Shown: in pieces, positions 40,827-53,748 of the stretch | Numbering within the stretch: position 1 is the first letter of the stretch | How the letters are laid out: each line of letters begins with the position of its first letter | Assembly (NCBI GenBank): GCA_016906335.1 | Contig: JADEYG010000003.1 | Coordinates: 1,550,001 to 1,614,000 of the forward strand | Length of the DNA: 64,000 nucleotides | From: Novakomyces olei | Lineage: Eukaryota | Direction of reading: 5' to 3' | Notes under the pieces: model-generated | The model's input: only the letters and a program-made list of their open reading frames with translations | Databases searched by the model: none | Told to the model about the DNA's origin: nothing | Made by a program: the position numbers and the translations under genes

Positions 40827-41957
40827 TGGCTACTGGCGAAACGTCAAATTGATGCGGATAACAATGATTGATTCTGCTTTAATAGTGGCTCTGCCTTTAG
40901 AGCTTTGCAATGAAAGGATTTATGTTCGCGCGATGCACGTTTCGATGTGACGTCCGTTATCGGCAGTTTTGTATCTTCACTGACGAGAATATGTCCTTAA
41001 TATGAGACATCTTGTTATTAAATGATATGCGATTGGAGAAGTTTGAGGTTGTTGCACTATTTTCATGTGTGTCAATATCGCCATCGTCTTCCGGTCAAGT
41101 ATGAAGCAATAAGTCATGCGGTTTCCCAGACTAGAAGACGCGACTGGGGACACCGAAATGGCGTAAAAGTTGGAGCGCATTTTAGAATGGCCCCATGAAA
41201 GCGGCACAAACTTTTGAAAACAAAGCCTACACAGTCTACTCTATATGCCCTGGGATTGCTACCATCTTTACTCTAGCAAACTTCGGCTGTTTCAGCCGTC
41301 GCCATTTCTACGGGACTAATTTTGGAGTCTTCTGGCGCCGATTCCCGTAACATTTACCTTTTCCTTGACCGATGAATTTTTATTACGAAGAAGACTGAGC
41401 CCGAATTTGCATAGTATAGCTGTGATGATGAAAGTAATATTTTTAGTTGTCTCTTCGAGATTCACGCTATTGCCGTCTTTACGAAATTAATCGCAAAATG
41501 CAGAGATTAGTCGTTGGAGTAACAAAAGCAATTTCAAATTGAGAAATTGATTGTCTGAGAGGGAGTGCAGGTAGATTGACAACCGCATTCGGAATCAACA
41601 GTGAAGAGTAATTGATCTTTGGCAGACGGCATACTTTATTCTACTTTCCTGTATAATAAATAAAATAAATAAATGTTAATTTAAGTTGATATAATTATAA
41701 TGTTCTGACTTGGATGCAAGGCAACATATAATCACAGAACGCATCAACAATCCAAATTTCGAGACTATTTGCTTAATCAAAGTTTGTGTCAAGTACCTGC
41801 TTTATTTCCAGCATACTGTCTAAAACAAACAAGATGCCGTTGAGACGTAAGTTTTAGTTTGAAGCGTTTCAGCAATCAAACACCCTCTATTTACCCCTTT
41901 ATGAAGGGTTTAAACTGATGCACGTGGGAATACTTTTACAGCCTTTCAATATCCTCA

Positions 41958-42779
41958 ATGTCGGCTCTACTTGCCATCACCAGGTATTTACGGCCTTTAT
42001 GGATTCAGACCCAACAGATCCCGCTGCGGTACATTGTGCATACGTACTTTGTTCTCTCTGCTCTCGGCGTCTGCGTGTTGGACAGTACTCCATCGCTGCG
42101 GCCTCTGCTCTCCTACGGCAAAACCTTAGTCTGTGAGAAACGTGCCTTTTATGTACCTCATAACTGGTTTTGGCATTATTATTTATTTGCCTCTATTACC
42201 GCCCTAATTACCCTATATTTCGCCAGTAAATGGCCCGCGGCGGCTCCAACAGCTTGCGTACTGATTCTTTTGCAAGTAGGCCGCCGCCTCTACGAATGCT
42301 GTATAATTGTTCCCCGTTCCCGCGCTCAGATGCATTTCTTACACTATCTAGCGGGATTTGGGTTTTATTTTTTTGCTTGCTTGGCTACAATTGCAGACGC
42401 ATCAAAAGCAAATCGGCAAACGTACAGTGAATGGTTCTGTCGGCCAAAAGTCTGGCTGGCTTTGCTCGCTGACATATTGGCCAGCATGGAACAGTACCGG
42501 CACCATTGCATACTCTCAAGGTTACGCAAGCAAAATTCACGTTACGCAGTAACGAACGAGCGGCTTTTTCGTTGGATCGTAGCGCCTCATTACACCTGCG
42601 AAATCGTTATATACGCGAGTATAGCCGTGGCCGGTGGGGGGACAATTACTTTATGGCTAGTGCCACTTTCTGTCGCAACAATGCTGCTCACTAGTGCCGC
42701 TGCTACTGACCGCTGGGGCCGTGAATACTTTGGCGCAAAATGGGGGGACAGGTGGCTAGTGATTCCGTGCTTGGCATGA
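41958..42779 (+). CDS. DFG10: Polyprenol/polyprenal reductase Dfg10 (SRD5A3 family)
   Basis: LSYGKT, VPHNWFWHYY, RRLYEC, MHFLHYLAGFGFY, QYRHHCILSRLR, LFRWIVAPHYTCEIVIY. Confidence 0.9.
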   Translation: MSALLAITRYLRPLWIQTQQIPLRYIVHTYFVLSALGVCVLDSTPSLRPLLSYGKTLVCEKRAFYVPHNWFWHYYLFASITALITLYFASKWPAAAPTACVLILLQVGRRLYECCIIVPRSRAQMHFLHYLAGFGFYFFACLATIADASKANRQTYSEWFCRPKVWLALLADILASMEQYRHHCILSRLRKQNSRYAVTNERLFRWIVAPHYTCEIVIYASIAVAGGGTITLWLVPLSVATMLLTSAAATDRWGREYFGAKWGDRWLVIPCLA

Positions 42780-43011
42780 AAGTTTCTTGGCTCTTTAATT
42801 CAAAAATTAATTAGAATCGTATATTTTTGTCTTTTTGGATGAAACCGTCTCCGTTTGCACGTGTCTAACAATCAAAGACATGATACCAGGCCCGTAGAGT
42901 TCGGTGTAGCCTCTTTTAATCGACCGTATAAGCCTTGATTTGTCAAACGGTGTTCGTTGTAGAGCATACAATTTGCGCGACATGAGGCGCGATACAAACA
43001 GATCTTCACGT

Positions 43012-43504
43012 CTATTCCTGTTTTGACCGAGCTTGATCCCGGCGGCAAGCGTCCGCTAAAAGCTGTGTGTCGACCGCGGCAGCAGGCAAGTAAACATAGC
43101 GCACTACACTGCCACGGATAAAGATATTGCGTACAGCGCTCTGCCGGTAATAGTTTGTTAATTTATGATACATTTAAAAACAAAAAAAAAAGATAGAAAT
43201 ATAGATGGCGAAAAGAGCCATACAACAATCGATTGAACGGAACCGGAAATCTTTGAGGTCGCATACCAAATGTGGATACCGTACTTCCTCGAGCACGGTG
43301 ACGTCGTCGAGTTTTATGTTCAAAAACTGATCTACTGAGCGCAAGATGCCGCGTACAGAAAGTTCGTTCTTCAATTCAACAGTGACCTCCTGGTCTACCA
43401 GACTATTTGTTAGTGCTTACCGAAAAACAGTGAAATTACGTCTTGAAAAACGAGTAGACTGGCAGTTAGCAATGGTACAAAAGACGCGCTGGCTTACACA
43501 ACAT
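43012..43504 (-). CDS. LSM2: U6 snRNA-associated Sm-like protein Lsm2, 4 exons
   Basis: Spliced MLFYSFFKTLVDQEVTVELKNELSVRGILRSVDQFLNIKLDD...YPHL|SAVRNIFIRGSVVRYV...DTQLLADACRR. Confidence 0.95.
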
Positions 43505-43633
43505 TAGTAAAGATTTGTTTGACGTTCTCGCCTGGTAAACGCTGTCTTTTATTCACGTTCGATTTTTATACATACGAATTAACGTGAATTATGTATATAG
43601 TGGTATATAGTTGTAAATAGTGAAATATAGTGT

Positions 43634-43706
43634 AGTGGCGGTATATAGTGGCGGTATATAGTGGCGGTATATAGTGGCGGTATATAGTGGCGGTATATAG
43701 TGGTAT
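43634..43706. repeat. 13-bp tandem repeat (GTGGCGGTATATA) x~5
   Basis: Perfect copies with degenerate flanking copies in the LSM2/PP2A-A divergent intergenic region. Confidence 0.9.
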
Positions 43707-44512
43707 ATAAAATTTATAAATATATTAGGTATTCTGTTATATAGTGGCAGAGGTATAGAGGTTATTTGTTATATAGTGTGGTATATAGAGGCCATATATA
43801 CAAGGCAATATATATACATACAGGAAGCTCGACAAATACTACGTGAAGCACGCCGAACCTCTATTAATAAAAATAACAGTATATAATTCTACTACGTAAC
43901 AGGTACTAAACAGCGTCACGTTAAGACAAAAAGTCTTTGTATCAGCAAGTTAGGCTCTCCACCTTCCGAGCCTGTGCGCGTGAGTACGAAAAAGCACTGC
44001 AATTGCTTTGCTGGTTGATCATTGGTACATCTACGCGTCTGGCAGCTCAGCCTTTTCGTTCTTGAAAGTTTGAGGCGCGTCGCCACTCGGGATCACACGG
44101 GGCACACGATCATTGGATCGTTTCTTGTTTTTGTACAGCTCTTCGTGTCAACCGGTTTGTCTAGCGGCGGCCGTTGCCGACTTTTCTTTTTTTTAACTTT
44201 ATTTGAATTTATACTTCAAACTCTCAGAGCCGCTTTTGATCCTTGTTTGATCGGGGGTTTTCAGATTAAAAGTCAATTGTCCAACCTTAATTCTGGTTTG
44301 CAAGTGTTAATATTTAGACTTTTGTCTAGCTTTCTTCAGAGTTTAGGGATTAGACCTGCAACGACAAGTCGTCAAGGTTTAGGCTCGAAACTGGCCTGTT
44401 TTTCTCACTCAAATCAACTCGACGGCCCCGTCAGGTGTATTAGCTATAAGCACAGGAGCGGCTATATTGTGAATTGAAATCAAGGAAGCAACAGTGTTTA
44501 ATCGCGGACACA

Positions 44513-47033
44513 ATGGTATAGCGGAATCAACTACAACGAAACTAATTGGTCTAGTCTGGTGATTTATATCCCATCGCCGTCCTTATGGACGAGCTCAAGG
44601 TAAAGTCTTCTCACGAAATATTATTCTTTAAAATTTCTTTTGCGTTGCTTTTTTATATTTTGTCAAAGCTAATCAGCATACAGCATGACGATATCCCGTT
44701 GCGGTTAAATGCCATAAAACGCATCTCTACTATCGCCCTTGCCCTTGGGCAAGAACGTACACGTAACGAGCTCATTCCTTATCTTAATGGTAATCATATA
44801 CGATATCGTCATCTTTGATCGGCACTAAGAATTCAGAAAGCATCGATGATGAAGACGAAATTTTGGCGGCTCTAGCTAAAGAGCTTGGGGGATTTGTCGA
44901 CTATGTTGGCGGACCAGATTATGCCTATGTTCTTATCAGCCCGCTTGAAGGTCTTGCTGCGGTAGAAGAGCCTCTTGTTCGCGATTCGGTAATATCGCTC
45001 TTTTTTTTTTGTGCCTTTATATCTCCAAAATTTCTTCTCATTGATCTTTCTCCCTACAAACGCTCTTTTTCTCTTTTCTCTTTCTCTTTTTCTTTTTTTT
45101 TTTTTTTTTTCGTTCTCAACACCTCTATTTATTAAGTCCGAGAACCCGGTTTTTTTTTCTCCTACATTACAACGACTTTCGAATCATTTTGATTCAAAGC
45201 TCTTTTTATAAATGGCATATTTAGCCTTGTTTTTTTTAGTTTTCTTGTCCAGAATATGGATGAAATCTGTACGAACAAGGGTGCTTATCAGCCTTTTGTT
45301 TCAATTGCATTGTTGGCCTTTTATCAGATTTTTTATGGAGCAGTTTACTAAAATTTAGGCGGTGGAATCTCTCAATTTCATTTGCCAGGTCATGTCGCCC
45401 GACATGTGTGAGGAATACTTTGTTCCGATGGTTCGACGTCTCTCGGAAGGCGACTGGTTCACGAATCGGGCCTCTGCTACGGGACTCTTTGTAGAACCGT
45501 ACAAAAAAGTCTCTCCGCACGTCCAAGCAGAGCTGCGCCGTCTCTTCAGCCAGCTGTGTAACGACGAGACGCCCATGGTGAGGCGGGCTGCTACTACTAA
45601 CCTGGCCGTAAGTTGTTGCAAAAATCCCAAATTTGTTTGTCTGTCGTTTCACGGAAACGTGGACAGGAATGACTCGAATTGAATACAAGTCTTTTGTTTC
45701 TATATGTTTGTTGTTTACTTTGTCTGAGACTATATATAAACATTTACGCTCAAATCGTTTGCCGTGCCTTGTGTTATTTATATGGTTTTTAATAAAAATT
45801 TAATTCGTGCTCACACTTCAGAAACTGGCCAAGGTATTCGATACTTCGGCCGTCATCAACGATCTGCTCCCCCTCTTTGACCGGCTCGCTGGAGACTTTC
45901 AAGACTCTGTACGCCTGCTCGTAGTGGAAGTGCTAATAGCTGCGGCCCATCAGCTGCAGGACCCGATGCTTATTCGCCAGTATCTGCTGCAACAGACACG
46001 CTCCTTTTTCAGTGACAAGAGCTGGCGGGTCCGGTACATGGTGGCTGACAACTTTGTGCGTATAGCCGACATTGCAGGCCGTGACGTGATTAGGACAGAG
46101 TTAGTGAAAGCGTTTCTGGCTCTTGTAAGGGACAACGAGCAGGAGGTCCGGTCCGCTATTGCTGGGCAGATCCCCGAGTTTGCGAAGCGCCTTGAAGAGG
46201 AGACGATAATAGCGGAGATTCTGCCAGTGGTTCATGAATTTGTGACGGACCCGAGCCAGCACGTTCGTGCTGCCTGGGCCCTGCAAATCTCTGCTCTCGC
46301 TCCAATCCTGGGCAAGGAGAATACGAGGGAGCATTTGCTGCCAATGTTTCTAGAGCTGCTGAGGGACGAGTATCCCGAGGTCAGGCTCAACATAATCTCC
46401 AAGCTGGACCTGGTCAATGAAGTGCTGGGCATTGATCTGCTCTCACAGAGCCTCTTGCCGGCAATTACTACGCTGGCAGAGGACAAGCAGTGGAGGGTCA
46501 GGCTGGCAATAATAGAGTATATTCCTCTTTTGTCGGCACAGCTGGGTGTCGAGTTTTTTGATAGCAAGCTGCGGGATCTCTGTATGGCCTGGCTCGGGGA
46601 TACAGTGTACAGCATCCGGGAGGCAGCGACCCAAAACTTGCGTAAACTGATCGATGTCTTTGGGCCAGAATGGGCCCAAGAATCGATCATCCCAAGGGTC
46701 CTGTCGATGGCAGATGACAGCAATTACCTGTACCGGATGACCACCGTCTTTGCCGTTACGGTTATGGTTCCCGTCCTCAGTCTGACTCTGATAAGGCAGC
46801 AAATACTGCCGACTCTGCTGAAACTGGCACAGGATCCTATTCCCAATATCCGTTTCAATGTGGCCAAGTTTTTCGAGGCTCTTGCCAGGATCGTAAGGGC
46901 TCAGCACTATGACGCAGAGGATGCTCAGCTGCTTTTGCAGGAGGAAGTACGGCCGCAACTCGAACGGCTCACACACGATGGAGATGTCGATGTGCGGTTC
47001 TTTGCCACTCGTGCTCTTGAGGCCCTCGGCTGA
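44513..47033 (+). CDS. TPD3: Protein phosphatase 2A scaffold (A/PR65) HEAT subunit, ~6 exons
   Basis: [116 protein letters not shown]. Confidence 0.97.
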
Positions 47034-47185
47034 ATGGACATTGAGGCACAGACAGAGGACGCGTGAAGGAGTGCTGCTGAGCGCTGTCGCCAGTGGATTT
47101 AGAGTTCATACATTTAGTTGGTAATTACGGCAGTGTTGACATTTTCTCATAAACAAGTAAAACCAAATAAATTAACTAACAAATG

Positions 47186-47223
47186 AATAAATAAATAGAT
47201 AAATAAATAAATAAATAAATAGA

Positions 47224-47286
<63 letters not shown>

Positions 47287-47306
47287 ATATATATATATAT
47301 ATATAA
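47186..47306. repeat. (AAAT)n + (AT)n microsatellite
   Basis: Tandem arrays downstream of PP2A-A. Confidence 0.95.
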
Positions 47307-47876
47307 ACACATGCGTCTAACACTCATTTTGACCTTTTTTACGGCAAATTTACAAGTATTACAAGCGTAAAAGTTCACGTCTGCGACGAATAATATTACT
47401 TTATTGTTTTTTCTTAGTCTGCATGCTGTTATTAGGTAAAGGCCTGGTGGTACAAGGAAAAGAATATTTTCCATATTGCATTGTTGCGAAAGCGTCCATG
47501 AAGGATCTTTCTATATTCCATCAAGCGTGTAGGTATCAATGTACGATCAGGGCGCCTCTACAAAGAGCATACTTATATCTGAGCCGTTTGGATTTAGTGA
47601 TAATTCCCATAAACGTGATTAAACATTTTCCAATTGCCCAACTAATTCATTATAATGTACAATTCTGTTTGGTTTTGGTTTAGGTATAATATTCGGTACA
47701 TACGCAAGACTAGTAAGCATACTCGCGTACATGCACGTATGCATATCACCTTGATCCATTTTTTTATTATTTCGTTTTTTTTTAATTATGTTTTTGCCCA
47801 ATAGACAATTAAATTTTCTTTATCCTCAGAGCTTTGACCCATTTTATCACGCCAACTTGTCCGCTCCATACTTTGT

Positions 47877-49646
47877 CTATTCCAGCTTGGGAGTATGCTT
47901 GCTCATTGCGCGTAACTTTGGCCCGTACCAATAGAAGAGTATAGGGACCGGGATGAGAGCAGCAGCGAAAAACCCTACCAAAGACGAAGCCCAGTTTACG
48001 TGTAGTGCACGGTACATGTACGTAGAAAATAGGGGAAAACAGCAGCCGGCAGCGGAACGCATAACCGCGTTCCCCGACAGAGCACTAGCGGCCACTTGCA
48101 GATAGGAATCAATAATATAGTTGAAGGCTTGTAGAAAGATGAGAATCATTCCACAACCCGTAAGTAAACCAGAAGCAGTCGGAGCCATCCAATGGATATT
48201 AGGGTTCCCCGTCCAGCCAAACCAGAAAAGCCCTCCACAGAAACAAAATCCCCCAAGAATCATAGGAGGCAGTCGAGCTTCCGGATCGATTTTAAGCGGG
48301 CCTTTGACTTGAGCACATCGGCGCAAGTACCAGGGCTCAAATGCCACAACAACAGCACAGCCAATTAGTTCCCCAATAAGCAACCCGATATAAGGCAAAG
48401 AATCTACGCCTAAACTCCAATGACGAACTTCCGCAAATTCAATAGCGTAGGCCGTTAGGAAAAGGTAGAGCATCCCGTAAATAAATGAAATATAGATCGT
48501 CAACAGCAAAATGATAGGCTCAAGAAAAAGAAGCCGCAGAGGCCGTAATAATAAATCTTTAATGTATGGAACAAGCTCCAGGGAGATTTCTTCCCGACGA
48601 GTATGCCAGGCCCAGCAACCGCTCTGTGTACGCATCATTTGCGCTCTGTGAATAAGGATTGCGGGGGCATAACATTCTTCGAAAAAGAATAAATCCAATA
48701 CAAAGGCGAGGAAGCCCATAAAGGACGAAATGTACTCGGTCCACCGCCAACCGATTGTTTTTGTCAGGAAACCAGACATGATAGGGGCCATCATGGGGCC
48801 CGCAAACACCGCCGCCGCTAAAGCGTTAGAAGCCAACAACAATAAATGATAAATAAATAAATGATAAATAATAATTAATTAATATTATGCCATACCAAAC
48901 GCAGTCATTGCCTTCCCTCTTCCCTTTTGACTAAACATATCGGCGAAAGCGGCTCCAACAACGGCAAGAGGCGAGCTGGCAAAGCAGCCAGCAAAAAACC
49001 GGCAGAGCATGATAGTCTGAATATTCTGAGCAGTAGCAACTGCAATTGAGAAAACGGCAAACCCAAACATGCCAATAACAACGGGCGGCTTACGGCCATA
49101 ATTTTCGCTCAAGGGCCCCCAAAAAAGAGGCCCTACAGCAAACCCGAGCACAAATAAACTCGTGATAAGAATCCCAACTTCCTCGCCCACGTGGAACTCG
49201 GCGGCAATTACAGCAGTGGCGGATGAGGTAATAGCTGATCCAACCGCAGCGCACAGGCTCGTGTAAGCAAGCATGACTGAAGTGTACAGGGTTTTCTTCC
49301 AGTGCCAGTTTAAAGGGTGACGGGGATCCGTGGGCCCGTCAAAGTCTACGAGGTAAGGTTCCCAATCAATTTCGTCCCACAGCCCGTTTCGCGTGCACAT
49401 ATTGACTTTTTCCACGGTTTTGTACCGTCGGAGCTCGGCACTTTGGCGCCGGTGGAGCCGGGACGCCTCAGTATCATGTGCGACTGCACCGTTCTCGAGA
49501 TCTGCCTCGTGGTTGGCTGCTCCACCGGGTCCAGCGTCAGTGCCGTTTGTATCATTGTAAAAGTCGTGGAAGTTTTCTCCTGAATTCTGTGAGGAGCTGG
49601 ATACGCCATTGGCGCCAGTATCGTGGGGCGGAGGCCTGCTGGTCAT
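47877..49646 (-). CDS. MFS drug:H+ antiporter family 1 (DHA1; Tpo1/Flr1-like), 2 exons
   Basis: FDGPTDPRHPLNW, SLFVLGFAVGPLFWGPLSENYGRKP, CRFFAG, GWRW, EPI, PEARLPPM, NYIIDSY, AASA...RS. Confidence 0.92.
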
Positions 49647-50352
49647 TGGTGCAATAAATTATAGACTAATCAACGGCCGTTTCGGTGCATCGTTGTTTAT
49701 CGTCAGGCACGGAGGGGCATTTTGTTTACTTTATAGGCACAATACGTATAATAATAGAAGAATATCGCTTAGAGACTAATAAACGTTGCCGGCACCACTG
49801 CTCACAAACAAAAAGTTACATAAACAAATACGTTAAAGTAATGGTATGCGCACGGAGACAAAGTCTACCGTGAACAGTAGTCAGTCATATTACCTGATGG
49901 GCGTCAGCAGAAAGTATGCTCGAGAAACGGATATAAAAAAAAGGAAATTAAAAAATAAATCAAAAAAACAAACTACACCTTACCATCACTAATCGTTGCC
50001 CGAGCCGCTTTCAGCCGCTTTTCCTGTGTACTGTTGAGCTATAATATAGGTCCATGCCAATACTTAAGTGCGCGGTTTCGGAGACCGGAAACACCGTTCG
50101 CCGAAGCGTCGGCTATATCGGAATATAAAAAGTAATTAAAAGTAATGGTACGTGCAGTTTTCTCGCATTAAACTTTATAACAAAGGTGCCGTAACGTATG
50201 GATAAGTAAATGAATACAGCGACGGGTATACGAGGGTACAAAGTAATGTTAAGCGCACGTTGCCGAGACAGACGGAAGGGAAATAACGCGGGCAGGAGTG
50301 AGGGGGAAGAATTAGCTAGGGTTAGCTAGGGTTAGCTAGGAATAATGAATAA

Positions 50353-50836
50353 TGTGTTGAAGGTAAATCAAAGTGTCTAGGGTCATTTAGGGTTTAATTT
50401 CTATATTAGATCAGGGCTTTATTAGTTGAGAGTTCTGCCAACAGCCTTATTACGATTTGAGACATAAAATATTTTCAACAAAATGAGTTTGCGGTACCAT
50501 TTCTGTGGGTGCAGAGTAATATTTGAGCTATAATTGCTGCTGAATGCTATACTAAATGTGAGCAACAATTGGTTTATAATGTCGTGCGCCAGCAGCCAGT
50601 CGGCAAATCGGCCAATCGGCAATTTTGCCAAAAATGGTAAATCTTTTAACGCTACAATCCGATTCATGACGCAAACCACATTGACCATTTGTTATTCATC
50701 ATTCGTTTTGTTGAAAATATTTTGTGTCTCAAATCGTAATAAGGCTGTTGGCAAAACTCTCAACTGATAAAAGCCCCAATATACTATAGAAATTAAATCC
50801 TAAATGACTCTAGACACTTTGTTTACCTTCAACACA
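50353..50836. mobile_element. Fold-back / MITE-like element: ~133-bp inverted arms (50353-50486 and 50703-50836) around a ~215-bp core
   Basis: Left arm tgtgttgaaggtaaatcaaagtgtctag...aatattttcaacaaaa is the reverse complement, with scattered mismatches, of right arm ttttgttgaaaatatt...ctagacactttgtttaccttcaacaca. No TSD or transposase seen. Confidence 0.6.
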
Positions 50837-50840
50837 GTCT

Positions 50841-50945
50841 TCATTATTCATTATTCATTATTCATTATTCATTATTCATTATTCATTATTCATTATTCAT
50901 TATTCATTATTCATTATTCATTATTCATTTTTCATTATTCATATT
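50841..50945. repeat. (TCATTAT)n heptamer satellite
   Basis: About 14 tandem copies abutting the right arm of the element. Confidence 0.95.
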
Positions 50946-51123
50946 CATTTTGTTGAAAATATTTCGTGTCTTAAATCGTATCAAGACTATCTTTTCTATA
51001 TATATTTTGTTGGTTCAATACTCAGAACTCTCAACTGATAAAACTCTCAACTAATAAAAGCCCTGATCTACTATAGAAATTAAACCCTAAATAACCCTAG
51101 ACATTTTGATTTACGTCCACATT
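50944..51123. repeat. Third, diverged copy of the element arm (same orientation as right arm)
   Basis: tcattttgttgaaaatatttcgtgtcttaaatcgta...aactctcaactaataaaagccctgatctactatagaaattaaaccctaaataaccctagaca, with an internal insertion/duplication. Confidence 0.85.
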
Positions 51124-51862
51124 AATTCATTTTGCACGAATATCGCCCTACTACGCTTAAAATTACTCTTTATAAAATATAGTTAGGTCACAACCCTTAT
51201 CGTCGACTGTACCGACGGTTCGGCGCAGCCTGCACTTTTCGTCCGTTGTACAACCGGTTAGGGCATAGGCAGAGATAAGTTGCTTCTCAATGGATTATAT
51301 AATATCTCGATCGCTCTTTGCCTCTGCCGTAATCCAATTTTTTTTTCTACGCAGCAATTCTGCTGAACGGGTTTCGAGTTGAGAGTACTTGTTGGCCGAT
51401 TTCGTTTTAGTTGGTAATCCATCAATCTCTCTGCCAGACTCGAGTTTATCACCTTGTTGGTATACTAGGTCTATTATATTGTCTACACGTCTATTATATT
51501 GTTACTACTACGTCTATTCTATTACTACTACTATTCTATTACTATTACTATTACTATTCTATCACTATTACTATCACTATTCTATTGTCTATTCCAGAAT
51601 ACCTCTTGAAATCAATCAGCGTCTTTACAATCGTCAGTCTCCATTCCATCGATTCTTTGGCAGTCTAATCGCCGTTGCATGAGGGGGGCCACTCCTCTAT
51701 CGCCGCGATTCCTTATTTTTACAACAATATTCTAATTACTCAATTCTAATTACACAATATTCTAATTACACATTATTTTAATTACGACAATACTAATTAC
51801 AGCCATATTCTAATTACACATTTATATATTTATATATATATATATAAATAAAAACTCAAAAA

Positions 51863-53408
51863 ATGAGTACGAAAAAAAACGAGGATATGAAAGCGGCGGC
51901 CGCCAAGTCAGGCACAGCATCGCCTCACGACGAAGAATCGCTCGATGCTTCAGGCGGCGGTGGAGAGCTGCATGAGCTTGCGCGCAGGTGGAACGAGGAT
52001 CCGGCACATCCTCGATTTTGGTCGGCGTGGAAGCGGTGGCTAATTGTGTCTGTGTATTCGCTGCTCCAAGTATTTGTTCTTATTACGTCAACGACGTACG
52101 TCTCTGCCGAGTTTCTGGTGCAAGCGCGGTACGGTGTGTCCACGCAGGTCGCGACACTCGGCCAGAGCATGTTTATAGTGGGCAACTCGATTGGCGCTGC
52201 TTTTCTCGGCCCGCTGGCCGATATAAACGGCAGAAAATGGGTCTATGTTGTATCCATCGCTATTTACGCATTGCTCAATATTGGGTGTGCTTTAAATCGC
52301 AATATGCCAATGCTGGTCATCTTTATGTTTCTCATTGGCGCTGCCGGCTCCAGTGCCGTTTGCAATGTGGCCGGAACTATCTCTGATCTCTTTGGCGACA
52401 GCGATATTGCGAGTCAGGCAATGGCTCTCTTTGTCGCTTCCGCTAACGCTGGTCCATCGCTCGGGAGCCCGATTGGCGAGTGGATCGCGGACAACCAGCA
52501 CATGGGTCTCAACTGGATTTTTTGGATCAATGTGATTATCGGCGGGGCTTTTGCTCTGGGCCTGTCTTTTATGCCAGAGACGCTGCCGTCTATGGTTATT
52601 AGCGGCCGACAGGGCGCAGAGGCAGTGGAAATGCTGGGCGCACGAAAAAGCACGTCTGCGGTTGTGCGGGAGATTTACTTTATTGCTACTATGGCGTTTA
52701 AGATTATGCTTTTTGAGCCAATTGTCACCTTTCTCGCGAGTAAGTGGACATGCCTATAACATTCGTGAAACTAGACCCACGTATACTAACTCTCAAGTTT
52801 TTAACGGATTTGCGTACGGACTTCTTTTCCTCTACCTCGACGGGGTCTTTGACGTGTTTGCGGAAAACAATGGCCTTTCCTTTGTCGGAGCCAGTCTTAC
52901 GTATTTGAATTTCATCGTCGGCGTCACCATAATGTTTTGCATTGTTCCCCTTCAAACTTGGCTTTTTAGGCGCGATCGAAAGCGAAACGGGGGCTGTGGC
53001 CGTCCGGAAGCCCGTTTTGCCGTCAGCCTTGTTTCTGTATGGGGATTCCCGATTTCTCTGCTTTGGTTTGGCTATACTTCACTGGGCCATCATTCGTACT
53101 GGTCGCCTATTTGTGCTGGAACCTTACTCGGCGTCTCTGATCCCCTTTTATGGCTGTCCATGTTGAGCTATATAAGTGATGCTTACGAGGGAGTCGTTGC
53201 AAGTGCAATGGCCGCGTTCCTTATCCCGTCTTTTCTGTTGGCTGCTGCTTTTTGCCATATTGGAGTAATCATGTTCAATAATCTTACCACCCGTGCAGCT
53301 ATGGCGATCTTGGGCTATTGCTCATTCAGTTTTCCCGTGCTCACTTATATCGTCTACTTTTTCGGACCATGGCTGCGAAAACACTCAAAGTATGCTGTTT
53401 CCGATTGA
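51863..53408 (+). CDS. DHA1-family MFS transporter resembling S. pombe Bsu1/Car1 (vitamin B6 uptake), 2 exons
   Basis: PAHPRFWSAWKRWLIV..LLQVFV, VSTQVATLGQSM, FLGPLADINGRKWVY, IGAAGSSAVCNVAG, WINVIIGG, PETLP, RPEARF; intron 52740-52797. Confidence 0.85.
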
Positions 53409-53748
53409 CAAGGAGGAGGAATAAAAAATAAAAAGGAACCAGAAACACGTTCCAGGGGACGGTAAGAGGGAAAACTGGACAAGGAGCGTAGTTGCAAAAG
53501 ATGAAGGGCGACAGGGTAGGGGTATAGACGGAGATTTTTGTACAAATAATGACAATGTGGCAAGGGGTGTGATCTGTTGTATAGAGATGGTGTACTTTTT
53601 GTATATTATGAATTCGCTAAATAAACACAATTAAAAATACAAAAGATTACTTGTTATGTCCCCAAACCGTATACTTGTACGGATGCCCACGTTTGTAAAC
53701 CACCTTGAAACTTTATTACTATTATGTAGATGCCAAGTCTACCTGGCC

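Noticed and set aside
51180-51860. TPP riboswitch upstream of the bsu1-like gene
   Set aside because: No CTGAGA/ATACC/GATAAT aptamer core recognised.
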